Source of the DNA: Clostridia bacterium | Lineage (GTDB): Bacteria; Bacillota; Clostridia; Oscillospirales; CAG-272 | Length of the DNA: 47,078 bases | Reading direction: 5' to 3' | Assembly (NCBI GenBank): GCA_017445085.1 | Contig: JAFSUT010000107.1 | Location: 1 to 47,078, forward strand | Shown here: piece by piece, positions 8,776-19,508 of the stretch | How positions within the stretch are numbered: position 1 is the first letter of the stretch | How the letters are laid out: each line of letters begins with the position of its first letter | Position numbers and translations under genes: made by a program | The notes under the pieces: generated by a model | What the model saw: the letters and a program-made list of their open reading frames with translations, nothing else | The model's database searches: none | Told to the model about the DNA's origin: nothing

Positions 8776-11211
8776 ATGAACAAAAATTCCAAAGCAGTCC
8801 GCCAACTCACCGAAAAACTCGAATCCAAACTCTCGCGCTATTTCGGCTGCACGCCGAAGGACGCCTCCGCCGAGCAGATGTACAAAGCCGCCGCCATGAC
8901 GGTCAAGGATATTTTGACGGCAAAACGCAAAAACTTCAAAGAAGAAGTCAACAAAACGGGCGCCAAGCGCGTTTACTATATGTGTATGGAGTTCCTTCTC
9001 GGCCGATCGCTCAAAACCAACCTCTCAAACCTCGGTCTTGTGGAAGAATACCGCACGGCGCTGAAAGCCCTCGGCTTTGACATCGAAAAACTCTACGAAC
9101 TTGAACCCGACGCCGGACTCGGCAACGGCGGCCTCGGTCGTCTTGCCGCTTGCTTTATGGACTCGCTGGCGTCGCTCGACTATCCCGCCACCGGCTTTTC
9201 GATTTGTTATGAATACGGTCTGTTTAAGCAAAAGATCATCGACGGTCTCCAGGTCGAACTCCCTGATATCTGGCTCCCCGGCGGCGAAGTATGGCTGGTG
9301 CCGCGTACCGACCGTACCTTTGAAGTCCGCTTTGGCGGTCAGATCCGCGAAAACTGGACGGACGGACGCTGTGAGATCGCTTACGAAAACTACGAAGCGG
9401 TGGAAGCCGTCCCCTACGATATGATGATCTCGGGCGCCGACAGCGACGCCGCCGGACGTCTGCGCCTGTGGAAAGCGCGTGATATCACAAACTTCAATAT
9501 GTCGCTCTTTACCCAGGGGCAATATACCAAGGCGCTGGAGGACAGCACCAAGGCGGAGACCATCTCCAAGGTCCTCTATCCCTCCGACAACCATACCGAG
9601 GGCAAACTGCTCCGCTTAAAACAGCAATACTTTCTTGTCAGCGCATCTCTGCAAAGTATCCTCCGCGACCACATCTCGCTCTACGGCACCATCGACAATC
9701 TTGCCGAAAAGGTCGCCATCCACATCAATGATACACACCCCGCCCTCTGCATCCCGGAACTGATGCGCATCCTCATCGACGACCACCAGTTCAGCTGGGA
9801 GCGTGCGTGGGATATGGTGACGAACATCGTATCTTACACCAACCACACCGTCCTGCCCGAGGCGCTGGAAACCTGGGATGAACAACTCTTTGCCATTACG
9901 CTCCCGCGGATGCATATGATCATCAAAGAGATCAACCGCCGCTTCTGCGCTGAGGCGTGGGACAAATTCCCCTCCGACTGGGAGAGGATCAATTCGCTCT
10001 CGATCCTGTCGGGCGGCCGCGTCAAGATGGCAAATCTCGCCGTCGTCGGCTCGCACATGGTCAACGGCGTATCCGCCATTCACTCGGATATCCTCAAAGA
10101 AACGGTGTTTAAGGATCTCTACAAGATGTATCCCGACCGCTTTATGAACGTGACCAACGGCATCGCACACCGCCGCTGGCTCTGCTACTCCAACCCGCGA
10201 CTGACGTCTCTGCTTGACGAGTGCATCGGTCCCGACTACCGCAAAGAGCCGCAGAAACTCGAAGACTTCCGCAAATTCAACAACGATACCGCCGTCCTCG
10301 AACGCCTCGGGCAGATCAAATATGAAAACAAGGTCGACTTTGCCAACCTCTTAAAAGAAAAGACCGGGCAGATCATCGACCCGCACTCGCTCTTTGACGT
10401 GCAGATCAAACGTCTGCACGAGTACAAGCGGCAACTGCTCAACGCCCTCAACATCATCAACACCTATCTCGATCTGCGTGAAAATCCCAATCTCGATATT
10501 CAGCCGCAGACCTATCTGTTCGGCGCAAAAGCCGCGCCCGGCTACGATATGGCAAAGCAGATCATCAAACTGATCTTCTATATTTCCAAAGAGATCGAAA
10601 GCAATCCCGTCATTCGGGAGAAAATGCGCGTGGTCTTCCTTGAAAACTACTGCGTCAGTATGGCGGAGGCGCTTGTCCCTGCCAGTGAGATCAGCGAACA
10701 GATCTCGCTTGCCGGCAAAGAGGCCAGCGGCACCGGCTGTATGAAACTGATGATGAACGGCGCCCTGACCATCGGCACGCTGGACGGCGCCAACATCGAA
10801 ATGCTTGAAAAAGCAGGCAAGGACAATATGTTCATCTTCGGTCTCAACTGCAAAGAGGTGGACGATCTTTGGATCAAAGGTTATCACGCCGCCGACTTTT
10901 ATCACAATAGTCCGGCGCTCCGCCGCGCGATCGACCGTCTCTCCTTCGGCTTTGCCGGCGAAAGTTTTGCAGGCATCGAAAACTACCTCATCGCCGCTTC
11001 CGGCGTGGCTGACCCCTATATGTGCCTTGCGGATTTTGAGTCCTACAAAAACACGCACGATCGCGCCGTCTCCCTCTATGCGGACAAAACGGCGTGGAAC
11101 CGGATGTCCCTCTGCAACATCGCGGGCTCCGGCTTCTTTGCCGCCGACCGCAGCATTGAGGAATACGCGTCTAAGATCTGGCATCTGCAAAAGGTGCATC
11201 TTACAAAATAA
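8776..11211 (+). CDS. glgP: glycogen/maltodextrin phosphorylase
   Basis: 811 aa. PLP-lysine region EASGTGCMKLMMNGALTIGTLDGANIE and LGNGGLGRLAACF; AAGGAG RBS. Confidence 0.92.
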   Translation: MNKNSKAVRQLTEKLESKLSRYFGCTPKDASAEQMYKAAAMTVKDILTAKRKNFKEEVNKTGAKRVYYMCMEFLLGRSLKTNLSNLGLVEEYRTALKALGFDIEKLYELEPDAGLGNGGLGRLAACFMDSLASLDYPATGFSICYEYGLFKQKIIDGLQVELPDIWLPGGEVWLVPRTDRTFEVRFGGQIRENWTDGRCEIAYENYEAVEAVPYDMMISGADSDAAGRLRLWKARDITNFNMSLFTQGQYTKALEDSTKAETISKVLYPSDNHTEGKLLRLKQQYFLVSASLQSILRDHISLYGTIDNLAEKVAIHINDTHPALCIPELMRILIDDHQFSWERAWDMVTNIVSYTNHTVLPEALETWDEQLFAITLPRMHMIIKEINRRFCAEAWDKFPSDWERINSLSILSGGRVKMANLAVVGSHMVNGVSAIHSDILKETVFKDLYKMYPDRFMNVTNGIAHRRWLCYSNPRLTSLLDECIGPDYRKEPQKLEDFRKFNNDTAVLERLGQIKYENKVDFANLLKEKTGQIIDPHSLFDVQIKRLHEYKRQLLNALNIINTYLDLRENPNLDIQPQTYLFGAKAAPGYDMAKQIIKLIFYISKEIESNPVIREKMRVVFLENYCVSMAEALVPASEISEQISLAGKEASGTGCMKLMMNGALTIGTLDGANIEMLEKAGKDNMFIFGLNCKEVDDLWIKGYHAADFYHNSPALRRAIDRLSFGFAGESFAGIENYLIAASGVADPYMCLADFESYKNTHDRAVSLYADKTAWNRMSLCNIAGSGFFAADRSIEEYASKIWHLQKVHLTK

Positions 11212-11218
11212 GTATGGC

Positions 11219-11243
11219 TTCGGGGCGGATGCACCGCCCCGAA
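11219..11243 (+). other. GC-rich hairpin after glgP (weak terminator or processing site)
   Basis: TTCGGGGCGG at 11219..11228 pairs with CCGCCCCGAA at 11234..11243. No clean T tract follows. Confidence 0.35.
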
Positions 11244-11271
11244 AATTCGCTGTTTTACGGAGTGCTCTTGC

Positions 11272-13137
11272 ATGGAACTTCTCATCAGAAAATCGGTCGG
11301 TGACGCCGACTGTTCGAGCGTCAACGCTTTCCCGGTAAACGCGACCGTCAAATTTACGCTCACGATCCCGCGGCAAATGGAAATGGTGGAACCCCGCCTG
11401 ATCTTTGCCCCGGACGGCGGCGAGGACACTACGCTTTATCCGGTCTACGACGGCTATGCGGACGGCGCGGACGTCTTTTCGCTCGAACTTTCCCTTTGCG
11501 ACATTTGCGAGGGCGACGGCGGGCTCTTCTACTATGAGTTCCGCTTTGCAAAAAACTACAAACACCTCTACACAAGCAGCGTCAACAACGTCGATTTTAC
11601 GATCTCCGAGCAGCCGGGGCGGCGCTTTGCGCTCCTCGTCTACGCTGCGGATTTTGAAACGCCGCGCGCCTTTTACGGGACGACGATGTACCACATTTTC
11701 GTTGACCGTTTTGCCAAAGGCAAAATGGTTTACCCCTGCCGCGACGATGCCGTGATGAACGAGGACTGGGAAAACGGCATTCCCGAATTTGCGCCGTATA
11801 ACGGCGCGCCGCTCAAAAACAACACCTTCTTCGGCGGAAATCTCGACGGCATTATCGAAAAACTCGACTATCTGCAATCGCTCTCGGTCAACTGCATCTA
11901 TCTCAGCCCGATTTTCAAGGCGTACTCCAATCACAAATACGATACCGGCGACTATCGAAAGATCGACGAGATGTTCGGCGGAGAAGAAGCCTTTTTCCGC
12001 CTGCTTTCGGCGTGCAAAGCGCGCTCCATCCGCGTGATCCTCGACGGCGTGTTCAACCATACGGGCGACGACAGTCTGTATTTCAACCGCTACGGCAAAT
12101 ACGACAGTCTCGGCGCTTATCAAAGTCAATCCTCGCCGTATGCCGATTGGTATCACTTTACCCGTTTTCCGACCCAGTATGAAGCCTGGTGGGGGATCGA
12201 GATCCTCCCGCGCCTCAACACAAAAAACGCCGCCTGCCGCGACTATTTCGTCGGAAAAGACGGCGTGTGCGCCGACTACGTCCGCAAAGGGACAAGCGGC
12301 TGGCGGCTGGACGTTGCCGACGAACTCTCAAACGACTTTCTCGACAGGCTGCGCACGGTGGTGAAAGCCGAAGACCCGGAGGCGCTGATCATCGGCGAGG
12401 TTTGGGAAAACGCCGCCGAAAAGGTCGCCTACGGCGTCCGCCGCCGTTACTTTGGCGGACGGCAGCTGGACAGCGTGATGAATTATCCTACCAAAAACGC
12501 CATCATTTCCTTTATGCAAACGGGCGACTGTACCCTGCTCTACAACACCGTCACCGAAATCTACGCCACCTACCCGCGCTGCGTATGCGACGTTCTCATG
12601 AACATCCTCGGTACGCACGATACCGAGCGCATTTTGACCGTCCTCGGCGGGGTGAGCGCGGAGGGGCGTACAAACGCCGAACTCTCCACGCTCAAAATGA
12701 GCGCGGACAAGCGCCGCACGGCGATTTCACGCCTCAAACTCGCCGCGGTCCTGCAATATACGCTCTACGGCTTTCCCTCGGTGTTTTACGGGGATGAAGC
12801 GGGGCTGGAAGGCTATCACGATCCTTTTTGCCGGATGCCGTTTCCGTGGGGACGGGAGGATGCAGACCTTACGGCGCACTACGCTTTCCTCGGCAAACTC
12901 CGCGCCACCCACAGCGCCTTTTTCGGCGGTGACTTTGCGGTCGCCGCGCACGACTGCGGACTCTTTGCCTTTACCAGAGAAAATGCGGATGAAAAACTGC
13001 TCGTCATTGTCAGCCGCGTGTCTTTCCCCGTCACCTACGACGTCGGCGGAAAATATCTCGACCTCCGCCACGACGCTACGGGCGAGGGCAACGTTACGAT
13101 CATGCCGGACGACTATCAAATCCTGAAACTTCTTTGA
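11272..13137 (+). CDS. GH13 alpha-amylase family enzyme (neopullulanase/cyclomaltodextrinase-like) with an N-terminal extra domain
   Basis: GH13 conserved regions VILDGVFNHTG, GWRLDVADEL, IIGEVWE and NILGTHDTER; ACGGAG RBS. Confidence 0.8.
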   Translation: MELLIRKSVGDADCSSVNAFPVNATVKFTLTIPRQMEMVEPRLIFAPDGGEDTTLYPVYDGYADGADVFSLELSLCDICEGDGGLFYYEFRFAKNYKHLYTSSVNNVDFTISEQPGRRFALLVYAADFETPRAFYGTTMYHIFVDRFAKGKMVYPCRDDAVMNEDWENGIPEFAPYNGAPLKNNTFFGGNLDGIIEKLDYLQSLSVNCIYLSPIFKAYSNHKYDTGDYRKIDEMFGGEEAFFRLLSACKARSIRVILDGVFNHTGDDSLYFNRYGKYDSLGAYQSQSSPYADWYHFTRFPTQYEAWWGIEILPRLNTKNAACRDYFVGKDGVCADYVRKGTSGWRLDVADELSNDFLDRLRTVVKAEDPEALIIGEVWENAAEKVAYGVRRRYFGGRQLDSVMNYPTKNAIISFMQTGDCTLLYNTVTEIYATYPRCVCDVLMNILGTHDTERILTVLGGVSAEGRTNAELSTLKMSADKRRTAISRLKLAAVLQYTLYGFPSVFYGDEAGLEGYHDPFCRMPFPWGREDADLTAHYAFLGKLRATHSAFFGGDFAVAAHDCGLFAFTRENADEKLLVIVSRVSFPVTYDVGGKYLDLRHDATGEGNVTIMPDDYQILKLL

Positions 13138-13154
13138 CAAGAGAGGACAATCAT

Positions 13155-14612
13155 ATGACCGATACCAAACGTCAAAACTTCACCATGCTCTGCGACTACT
13201 ACGAACTCACGATGGCCAACGGCTATTTCAAAGCGGGCATGGCAAATCGCATTTCCTACTTCGACGTATTCTTCCGCGACATCCCGGACGGCGGCGGTTT
13301 TGCCATTGCCGCGGGACTGGAACAGTTTATCGACTACATCAAAAATCTGCATTTCTCGGAAGAAGACATCGCCTACCTCCGCGCAAAAAATACCTTTGAT
13401 ACGGCGTTTCTCGAAAGTTTGAAAAACTTTCGCTTTACGGGGGATATCTACGCCATCCCCGAGGGCACGCCGATCTTTCCGCACGAGCCGATCGTCACGG
13501 TCCGCGCGCCCGCCGCGCAGGCGCAGTTTATCGAGACCTTTCTCCTGCTCTCCATCAACCATCAGTCGCTGATCGCGACCAAAGCCAACCGCATCGTGCG
13601 CGCCGCCAAGGGACGCGCAGTCGCCGAGTTCGGCTCCCGCCGCGCACAGGGCGCCGACGGCGCTTATCTCGGCGCACGCGCCGCCTATATCGGCGGTTGT
13701 GCCGCCACCGCCTGCACCATTACCGACCGCGATTTCGGCGTTCCCGCCACCGGTACGATGGCGCACTCCTGGGTGCAGATGTTTGACAGCGAATACGAAG
13801 CGTTTAAGACCTACTGCCAGCTCTATCCAAACAACGCCACTCTGCTCGTGGATACATACAATACGCTGAAAAGCGGCGTGCCGAACGCCATCCGCGCATT
13901 CAAAGAGGTCCTCCTGCCGCGCGGCATCCGCAACTTCGGCATTCGGCTCGACTCGGGCGATATCGCCTATCTGACCAAAAAGGCGCGCGCCATGCTGGAC
14001 GAAGCGGGACTGCCCGAGTGCAAGATCGTCGTTTCCAACTCGCTGGATGAGGACATCATTCTCGCGCTGATCCGGCAGGGCGCGTGCGTGGACTCATTTG
14101 GCGTCGGCGAACGGATGATCACCTCCAAATCCACCCCCGTCTTCGGCGGCGTATATAAACTCTGCGCCATCGAAAAGGACGGGCAGATCATCCCGAAAAT
14201 CAAAATCAGCGAAAATGCCGCAAAAATCACCAATCCGCATTATAAAAAGGTCTACCGCCTGTATGAAAACGCGACCGGCAAGGCCGTCGCCGACTACATC
14301 ACCCTCCACGATGAAGTCATCGACGAAACAAAGCCGCTGGAACTCTTTGACCCCGACTTTCCGTGGAAGCGCAAAACGCTCACCGACTTTACGGCAAGAG
14401 AGTTGCAGGTACCGATTTTCAAAGACGGCAAGTGCGTCTACACTTCCCCCTCGACAAGCGAGATCCGCGACTACTGCGCATCGCAGATCGACACCCTTTG
14501 GGATGAAGTCAAACGCTTTGAAAACCCGCACAACTACTACGTCGACCTCTCGCAAAAGCTCTGGAACATCAAGCAGGATCTCCTCAAAGCGGGCAACAAA
14601 AAAGATTTTTAA
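13155..14612 (+). CDS. pncB: nicotinate phosphoribosyltransferase
   Basis: Family-typical N-terminus MLCDYYELTMANGYF and length of about 485 aa. ATG 13155 follows GAGAGGA (13141..13147), whereas the track start is a TTG at 13134. Confidence 0.85.
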   Translation: MTDTKRQNFTMLCDYYELTMANGYFKAGMANRISYFDVFFRDIPDGGGFAIAAGLEQFIDYIKNLHFSEEDIAYLRAKNTFDTAFLESLKNFRFTGDIYAIPEGTPIFPHEPIVTVRAPAAQAQFIETFLLLSINHQSLIATKANRIVRAAKGRAVAEFGSRRAQGADGAYLGARAAYIGGCAATACTITDRDFGVPATGTMAHSWVQMFDSEYEAFKTYCQLYPNNATLLVDTYNTLKSGVPNAIRAFKEVLLPRGIRNFGIRLDSGDIAYLTKKARAMLDEAGLPECKIVVSNSLDEDIILALIRQGACVDSFGVGERMITSKSTPVFGGVYKLCAIEKDGQIIPKIKISENAAKITNPHYKKVYRLYENATGKAVADYITLHDEVIDETKPLELFDPDFPWKRKTLTDFTARELQVPIFKDGKCVYTSPSTSEIRDYCASQIDTLWDEVKRFENPHNYYVDLSQKLWNIKQDLLKAGNKKDF

Positions 14613-14624
14613 GACAAACGAAAA

Positions 14625-14656
14625 GCAGCCGTCGGATTTTTCCGGCGGCTGCTTTT
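14625..14656 (+). terminator. rho-independent terminator of pncB
   Basis: An 11-bp stem (GCAGCCGTCGG at 14625..14635 with CCGGCGGCTGC at 14642..14652) is followed by TTTT. Confidence 0.75.
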
Positions 14657-14664
14657 ACAACCAC

Positions 14665-14698
14665 AAAAAGCGGCGGAAGAATCTTCCGCCGCTTTTTT
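14665..14698. terminator. bidirectional terminator next to the potD stop
   Basis: A 10-bp stem (GCGGCGGAAG at 14670..14679 with CTTCCGCCGC at 14683..14692) is flanked by an A5 run on the left and a T6 run on the right. Confidence 0.8.
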
Positions 14699-14703
14699 GT
14701 AGT

Positions 14704-15954
14704 TTAATACATCTTTTCGCGCTTACTCTTTTGGATTTTGCTGATGATCAGCCACGCCGCGAGCGCCGCGACGATGACCAGCGCCGCCACGAGCGCCGTC
14801 GAAAGATAGTTCGCGCCGCCGGCGCCGCTCTCATCGCCCGAGATCTTGAGGTCTTCCCACAAATCGTTGACAAGCTTTAAGGTCTCGGGATTCAGATTGT
14901 GATAACTCATCGCATTGTAGTTTTCGGAAAAACTGAAATCCTCGGGATAGAGGACTTCCATCGCATATTCGCCCATATCCTCGCGGTAGTCTTCGCTCTC
15001 CAAAACGAGCGCGTTGGGGCAGGCGTAGCAGACGAATTCGGCGTTGGCGATCGCCGGTTCCTCGGAGAGCATAAAGTTGATATAGCATTCCGCAAGATCT
15101 TTGTTTTTCGCACCCTTCGGGATACAGAAAGCGTCCACAAACAGATTGGTCACGATCTGCCCGTCCGCATTGACGGGATAGTAAAAGCCGAGGTCCTCGT
15201 TGTTGTCGTACATAGTCAGAAAGTCGCCCGCATAGTATGCCGAAACGGCAGCCTCGCCCGACTCCATCTTATTAAAGATCTCATCCATAACATACCCTTG
15301 CAGGAGCGGCTTTTGCGCTTTCAGATCCGCCAGCGCCTTTTCCCAAACGGCGGGATCGGTGGAGTTGACGTCCGCACCCGCGCGGTAAAGCGCCGTGCCG
15401 AAACCGTCACGCGAGTTGTTGAACTGCAGGATCTTGCCGGCGTATTTCGCATTCCACATCAAATCCCAGGAGCGGTCTTTGACGTCCTCCTCGGCAACGA
15501 CCGTGCTGTTATACAGTACGCCGACCATACCGTAGCAATACGGGATGGAATAGCGGTTTTCGATATCATAGTAAAGTCCGCGATAGTCCTCGGTGATATA
15601 CTCGTAGTTCGGGATATTGTCAAAATTCAGCGGTTCGAGCATATCTTCGTCGATCAGGCGGGCGATCATATAGTCGGAGGGGATGATCACGTCATATCCC
15701 GTCGCGCCGCTTTTGAGTTTGGCGTACATATCCTCGTTGGAGGCGTAGGTGGTATATACCACGCGTACCGTCTCGCCGAAGGTTTCTTTATAATACTCTT
15801 CAAACGCACGGTTGACGTCCAGCGAATCCTCGCTGCCGTCGGAAATATACTCGCCCCAGTTGTAAACGTTGATCACGCGGTCTGCCGCAAAAGCCGAGAG
15901 GCAAAGCGCCGCAAGCATCATGCAAACCGCGATGAGAAAACCAAATTTTTTCAT
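14704..15954 (-). CDS. potD: spermidine/putrescine ABC transporter substrate-binding protein with an extra C-terminal transmembrane anchor
   Basis: PotD-like VINVYNWGEYISD. N-terminal signal MKKFGFLIAVCMMLAALCLSAFAA. The C-terminal tail is YLSTALVAALVIVAALAAWLIISKIQKSKREKMY. Confidence 0.85.
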   Translation of the reverse strand: MKKFGFLIAVCMMLAALCLSAFAADRVINVYNWGEYISDGSEDSLDVNRAFEEYYKETFGETVRVVYTTYASNEDMYAKLKSGATGYDVIIPSDYMIARLIDEDMLEPLNFDNIPNYEYITEDYRGLYYDIENRYSIPYCYGMVGVLYNSTVVAEEDVKDRSWDLMWNAKYAGKILQFNNSRDGFGTALYRAGADVNSTDPAVWEKALADLKAQKPLLQGYVMDEIFNKMESGEAAVSAYYAGDFLTMYDNNEDLGFYYPVNADGQIVTNLFVDAFCIPKGAKNKDLAECYINFMLSEEPAIANAEFVCYACPNALVLESEDYREDMGEYAMEVLYPEDFSFSENYNAMSYHNLNPETLKLVNDLWEDLKISGDESGAGGANYLSTALVAALVIVAALAAWLIISKIQKSKREKMY

Positions 15955-15965
15955 AGTTCAAACCC

Positions 15966-16763
15966 TCACTTTTTTTTCTTTTTTCCGTCCCGCTGTGCCA
16001 CGTTGGAAAGGATCAGCAAAATCAGCACGGCGAGAAAGATCAGCGTTGACAGCGCGTACATATCCGGTGTGACGCGCTTTTTGGTCATGGAATAAATACG
16101 GATCGGCAGGGTCTCAAAGCCGCTGCCCGTGGTGAAATAACTGATGACAAAGTCGTCAAGCGACAGGGTAAACGCCATGATCAGCCCCGAGAGGACCCCC
16201 GGAAAGATCGCCGGCAGTTCCACTTTGAGAAACGCCTGAAACGGCGTGCAGCCGAGATCCATCGCCGCCTCGGTCAGATGCGTATCCATCTGACGGATCT
16301 TCGGCATGACCGAAAGATAGACGTACGGCAGATTGAACGTGATATGCGCGATCAGCACCGTGACAAAACTGAGGCTGGAAGACAGCCCGAGCCGCATCCC
16401 GACAAAAACGAAAAGCAACATCATCGAGATACCGGTGACGATATCCGGATTCATCATCGGGATATCGGTCAGCGTCTCGACCGCGGAGCGCAGCATACGA
16501 TTTTGCATCTTGGAGAGACCGACCGCCGCCGCCGTGGCGATCACGCAGGAGATCAACGAGGATAACACCGCCAAAATCAAGGTGTTTTTCAGCGCGGTCA
16601 AAGTCGCCGCGTCCTTCATCAGTTCCTGATACCAATGCAGGGAAAATCCCGCAAAGATCCCCGTGGAATTGATGCTGTTAAAGGAAAAGAGGATCATCAC
16701 GGCGATCGGGGCGTACAGGATCACGTAAATGAGGATCGTATAGATTTTCGAGAGCGCCCTCAC
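15966..16763 (-). CDS. potC: spermidine/putrescine ABC transporter permease
   Basis: Six-TM permease with an EAA-type loop (EAAMDLGCTPFQAF). GTG start overlaps the potB stop as GTGA. Confidence 0.85.
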   Translation of the reverse strand: MRALSKIYTILIYVILYAPIAVMILFSFNSINSTGIFAGFSLHWYQELMKDAATLTALKNTLILAVLSSLISCVIATAAAVGLSKMQNRMLRSAVETLTDIPMMNPDIVTGISMMLLFVFVGMRLGLSSSLSFVTVLIAHITFNLPYVYLSVMPKIRQMDTHLTEAAMDLGCTPFQAFLKVELPAIFPGVLSGLIMAFTLSLDDFVISYFTTGSGFETLPIRIYSMTKKRVTPDMYALSTLIFLAVLILLILSNVAQRDGKKKKK

Positions 16764-17587
16764 GCGACAAGCCCCCCTTCCCCATCCGAATAGCGATTCA
16801 TGATCGCCATCGAAATCAGAATGATGACCATAAGGACAAGCGACATCGCGGCGCCGAGATTGTAGTTGTAGGCGCTTTGAAACTGCCGCTCGATACTGTC
16901 ACCGATGAGGTCATACTTTGCACCGCCGAGTTTTTGGGAAATATAAAAGGTGCTGACCGACGGGACAAACACCATCGTCACGCCCGAAACCACGCCCGAG
17001 CGGCTGAGCGGCATCACCACGCGGGTAAAGGTCTGCGCGGGTGTGCAGCCGAGATCCGCCGACGCTTCGAGGAGGCGGACGTCCAGGCGGGAAAGCACCG
17101 TATAGATCGGCAGGACCATATACGGCAGATAATTGTAGATCATACCGAAAATGACCGCGGCAGACGTATTGATGATATGCACCGAGGGGATCCCCAGCGA
17201 GTTGAGGATGGTGTTGAGAAAACCGTTGTCCTCAAGGATCGCCATGATCGAATAGGTGCGGATGAGAAAGTTCATCCACATCGGGAGCATAATGAGCATC
17301 ATATACACTTTCTGTGCGCGGGGGGTCGCCCTGGATATCGCATAGGCAAGCGGATATGCCACCAAAAGGCAGATCACGGTCGCCACGAGGGCAAACGCCA
17401 TCGAGCGGAGAAAGATGGTGAGATATTTTGCATCGAGAAGCAGACGGAGGTTCTCGGTCGAAAACGCGCCGGATGCGTCGGTAAACGAATAGTACAGCAC
17501 AAACAGCATCGGCGCGGCGATAAACAAAATCGCCCACAAAATATGCGGCGCCGCCATGATGCGCGCCATGTACGACTTAGTTTTCAT
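16760..17587 (-). CDS. potB: spermidine/putrescine ABC transporter permease
   Basis: Permease with [17 protein letters not shown] 17587 lies 9 nt after GGAGG, and the longer track start would overlap potA by 50 nt. Confidence 0.85.
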   Translation of the reverse strand: MKTKSYMARIMAAPHILWAILFIAAPMLFVLYYSFTDASGAFSTENLRLLLDAKYLTIFLRSMAFALVATVICLLVAYPLAYAISRATPRAQKVYMMLIMLPMWMNFLIRTYSIMAILEDNGFLNTILNSLGIPSVHIINTSAAVIFGMIYNYLPYMVLPIYTVLSRLDVRLLEASADLGCTPAQTFTRVVMPLSRSGVVSGVTMVFVPSVSTFYISQKLGGAKYDLIGDSIERQFQSAYNYNLGAAMSLVLMVIILISMAIMNRYSDGEGGLVA

Positions 17588-18704
17588 CCCCCGTCGCCTC
17601 CGCGCCACTTTTATCCATCTCGTCAAAATAGGTGGAATAGTCGCCGTACAGATCCGAATACTTGGATTTTTTCATAATGTGGATCTCATCCGGAAGGATG
17701 CGCAACCCGACTTCGGTGCCGGGCGCGGCATAATCGGTGGTCTGCACCATCCACTTAAAGCCCTGCACGTCCACGATGATTTCATAATGGACGCCCTTAA
17801 ACGTGACCGTGTTGACCACGCCGTGGATCGGCACGCTGCCAAGCGGCACGATGTCTACGTCCTCCGGGCGGATGACCACGTCCACCGGCTCGTCCTTTTC
17901 AAATCCGCCGTCCACGCATTCCAGCGTGTGTCCCGAAAACTCGACCAATTTGTCGGCGTGCATGATTCCGTCGAGGATATTGCTCTCCCCGATAAAATCG
18001 GCGACAAAGGCGTTTTTCGGCTCATTGTATATATCTTCGGGCGTTCCGATCTGCTGGATCACGCCGTTGTCCATGACGACGACGGTATCGCTCATCGAAA
18101 GCGCCTCTTCTTGATCGTGTGTAACGTAAACGAAAGTAATACCCATGCGCTGCTGAATTTTTTTTAGTTCCACCTGCATATCCTTGCGCAGTTTGAGGTC
18201 AAGTGCGCCGAGCGGCTCGTCAAGGAGCAAAACGCGCGGCTGATTGACCAGGGCGCGTGCGATCGCAACGCGCTGCTGCTGTCCGCCCGAAAGTTTTTCG
18301 ACGTTGCGTCGCTCAAATCCTTCGAGGTTGACGATTTTCAGCATTTCTTTTACGCGGCGGGCAATTTCCTTTTCCGCCACTTTACCGAGGCGGAGCGCAA
18401 ACGCAACGTTTTCATAAACGTTGAGGTGCGGGAAAAGCGCATATTTTTGAAAAACCGTATTGACCGGGCGTTTATACGGCGGAAGATCCGTGATCCGTTT
18501 GCCCTCAAAAAAGACGTCCCCTTTGTCCGGCGTTTCAAAACCGCCGATCAGGCGCAGCGTTGTCGTTTTGCCGCAGCCGGAGGGACCGAGCAGAGTTACA
18601 AATTCCTTATCCAGAATATACAGGTTAAGGTCTGTAAGCACGGGGGTACCGTCAAATTCCTTTGTGATGCCCCGCAGTTCAATCAGTTTCTCGTTTTTTT
18701 CCAT
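17577..18704 (-). CDS. potA: spermidine/putrescine ABC transporter ATP-binding protein
   Basis: Walker [10 protein letters not shown], signature LSGGQQQR and Walker B LLLDEP. Start chosen at [12 protein letters not shown] (18704); the upstream part of the track ORF is AT-rich leader. Confidence 0.88.
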   Translation of the reverse strand: MEKNEKLIELRGITKEFDGTPVLTDLNLYILDKEFVTLLGPSGCGKTTTLRLIGGFETPDKGDVFFEGKRITDLPPYKRPVNTVFQKYALFPHLNVYENVAFALRLGKVAEKEIARRVKEMLKIVNLEGFERRNVEKLSGGQQQRVAIARALVNQPRVLLLDEPLGALDLKLRKDMQVELKKIQQRMGITFVYVTHDQEEALSMSDTVVVMDNGVIQQIGTPEDIYNEPKNAFVADFIGESNILDGIMHADKLVEFSGHTLECVDGGFEKDEPVDVVIRPEDVDIVPLGSVPIHGVVNTVTFKGVHYEIIVDVQGFKWMVQTTDYAAPGTEVGLRILPDEIHIMKKSKYSDLYGDYSTYFDEMDKSGAEATGDEN

Positions 18705-18778
18705 TTTCTTAGAGTTTATACACATCCTTTTGTACCGATTAAACCCGCAATAAAACTGCGAATTCATGACGAAAAACA

Positions 18779-18807
18779 TTATATAAAAAACAAAGTGAAA
18801 ATGCAAT
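18779..18807 (-). promoter_or_regulatory. sigma-A promoter of the pot operon
   Basis: The minus strand reads TTGCAT (18807..18802), 17 nt, TATAAT (18784..18779). Confidence 0.6.
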
Positions 18808-18911
18808 AGTTTTTTTACAAAAAAATCGTCAAAAACTTGCATTTTTCAAACTTTTATCGGTTTCTCATGGAATTTATCCGTCAAAAAACCGCGATTTCCT
18901 CAAAAATGCTC

Positions 18912-19508
18912 TTAAATCCTCTCAAATTCTCCGTTTTTCGCAAGAAAGAACAAAGAGAGCAGTAAAAGATACATCCCGCCCTCTCCCACCGCAAGAAGAT
19001 AGGAGGAAAAGAGAAACAAAAGATAAGAAAACAAAAGACCGATCCTACGCACGCCCCGCGCCGCGGTGAGCGGATCCGTACAAGCGGCAAGCAAAAGTTC
19101 AAACAGCCGTCCACCGTCGAGCGGGTGCAGCGGCAACAGATTGACCGCGGCAAGAAACAGGCTGACCGTGAAAAAACCGAACCACGCGCCGTCCGCCGGG
19201 TGCACAAATAAAAAAACAGCGAGCGCAGAGAGCAAATTGACGGCGCTCCCCGCCGCCGCCACCGCCGCCTCGGAGGCAAGAGAGAGCGTATTTTCATCGA
19301 GCGTGATGCAAAGTCCGAACGGGGAGGGCAAAAACCGCCGTACCCTGCCGCCGACAAGCCAAAGGACGAGGAGATGCCCGCCCTCGTGGAGCAGGACCGC
19401 CGCCGCCACGGGAATGCCGTAACTGCGAAACTGCATACAAAAGAGCGCCGGGGCGATCAGGGTCGAAAACAGGCGCACCGCGCGGCTAATCACACGAGTA
19501 CTTTTCAT
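18912..19508 (-). CDS. small M50 family site-2 metalloprotease (SpoIVFB-like core, no extra domains)
   Basis: HEGGH zinc motif inside a TM segment and NLLPLHPLDGGRLF second motif. The start at MKSTRV (19508) is tentative. Confidence 0.7.
   Translation of the reverse strand: MKSTRVISRAVRLFSTLIAPALFCMQFRSYGIPVAAAVLLHEGGHLLVLWLVGGRVRRFLPSPFGLCITLDENTLSLASEAAVAAAGSAVNLLSALAVFLFVHPADGAWFGFFTVSLFLAAVNLLPLHPLDGGRLFELLLAACTDPLTAARGVRRIGLLFSYLLFLFSSYLLAVGEGGMYLLLLSLFFLAKNGEFERI

Noticed and set aside
11219-11243. Hairpin after glgP as a full operon terminator
   Set aside because: The stem is strong but no U tract follows. The GH13 gene starts 29 nt later with its own RBS, so read-through is likely. 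It is kept only as a low-confidence structural feature.
10351-12156. 601-aa minus-strand ORF spanning the glgP/GH13 junction
   Set aside because: It runs antisense to two well-supported genes and straight through their intergenic hairpin. Its composition is low-complexity and Arg/Val-rich.
14899-16095. 398-aa plus-strand ORF opposite potD/potC, with similar cases at 32519..33775, 36676..38418 and 43362..44525
   Set aside because: All are antisense shadows of genes with clear family motifs (PotD, Tex, RecG, rSAM). None has a credible RBS or start context.
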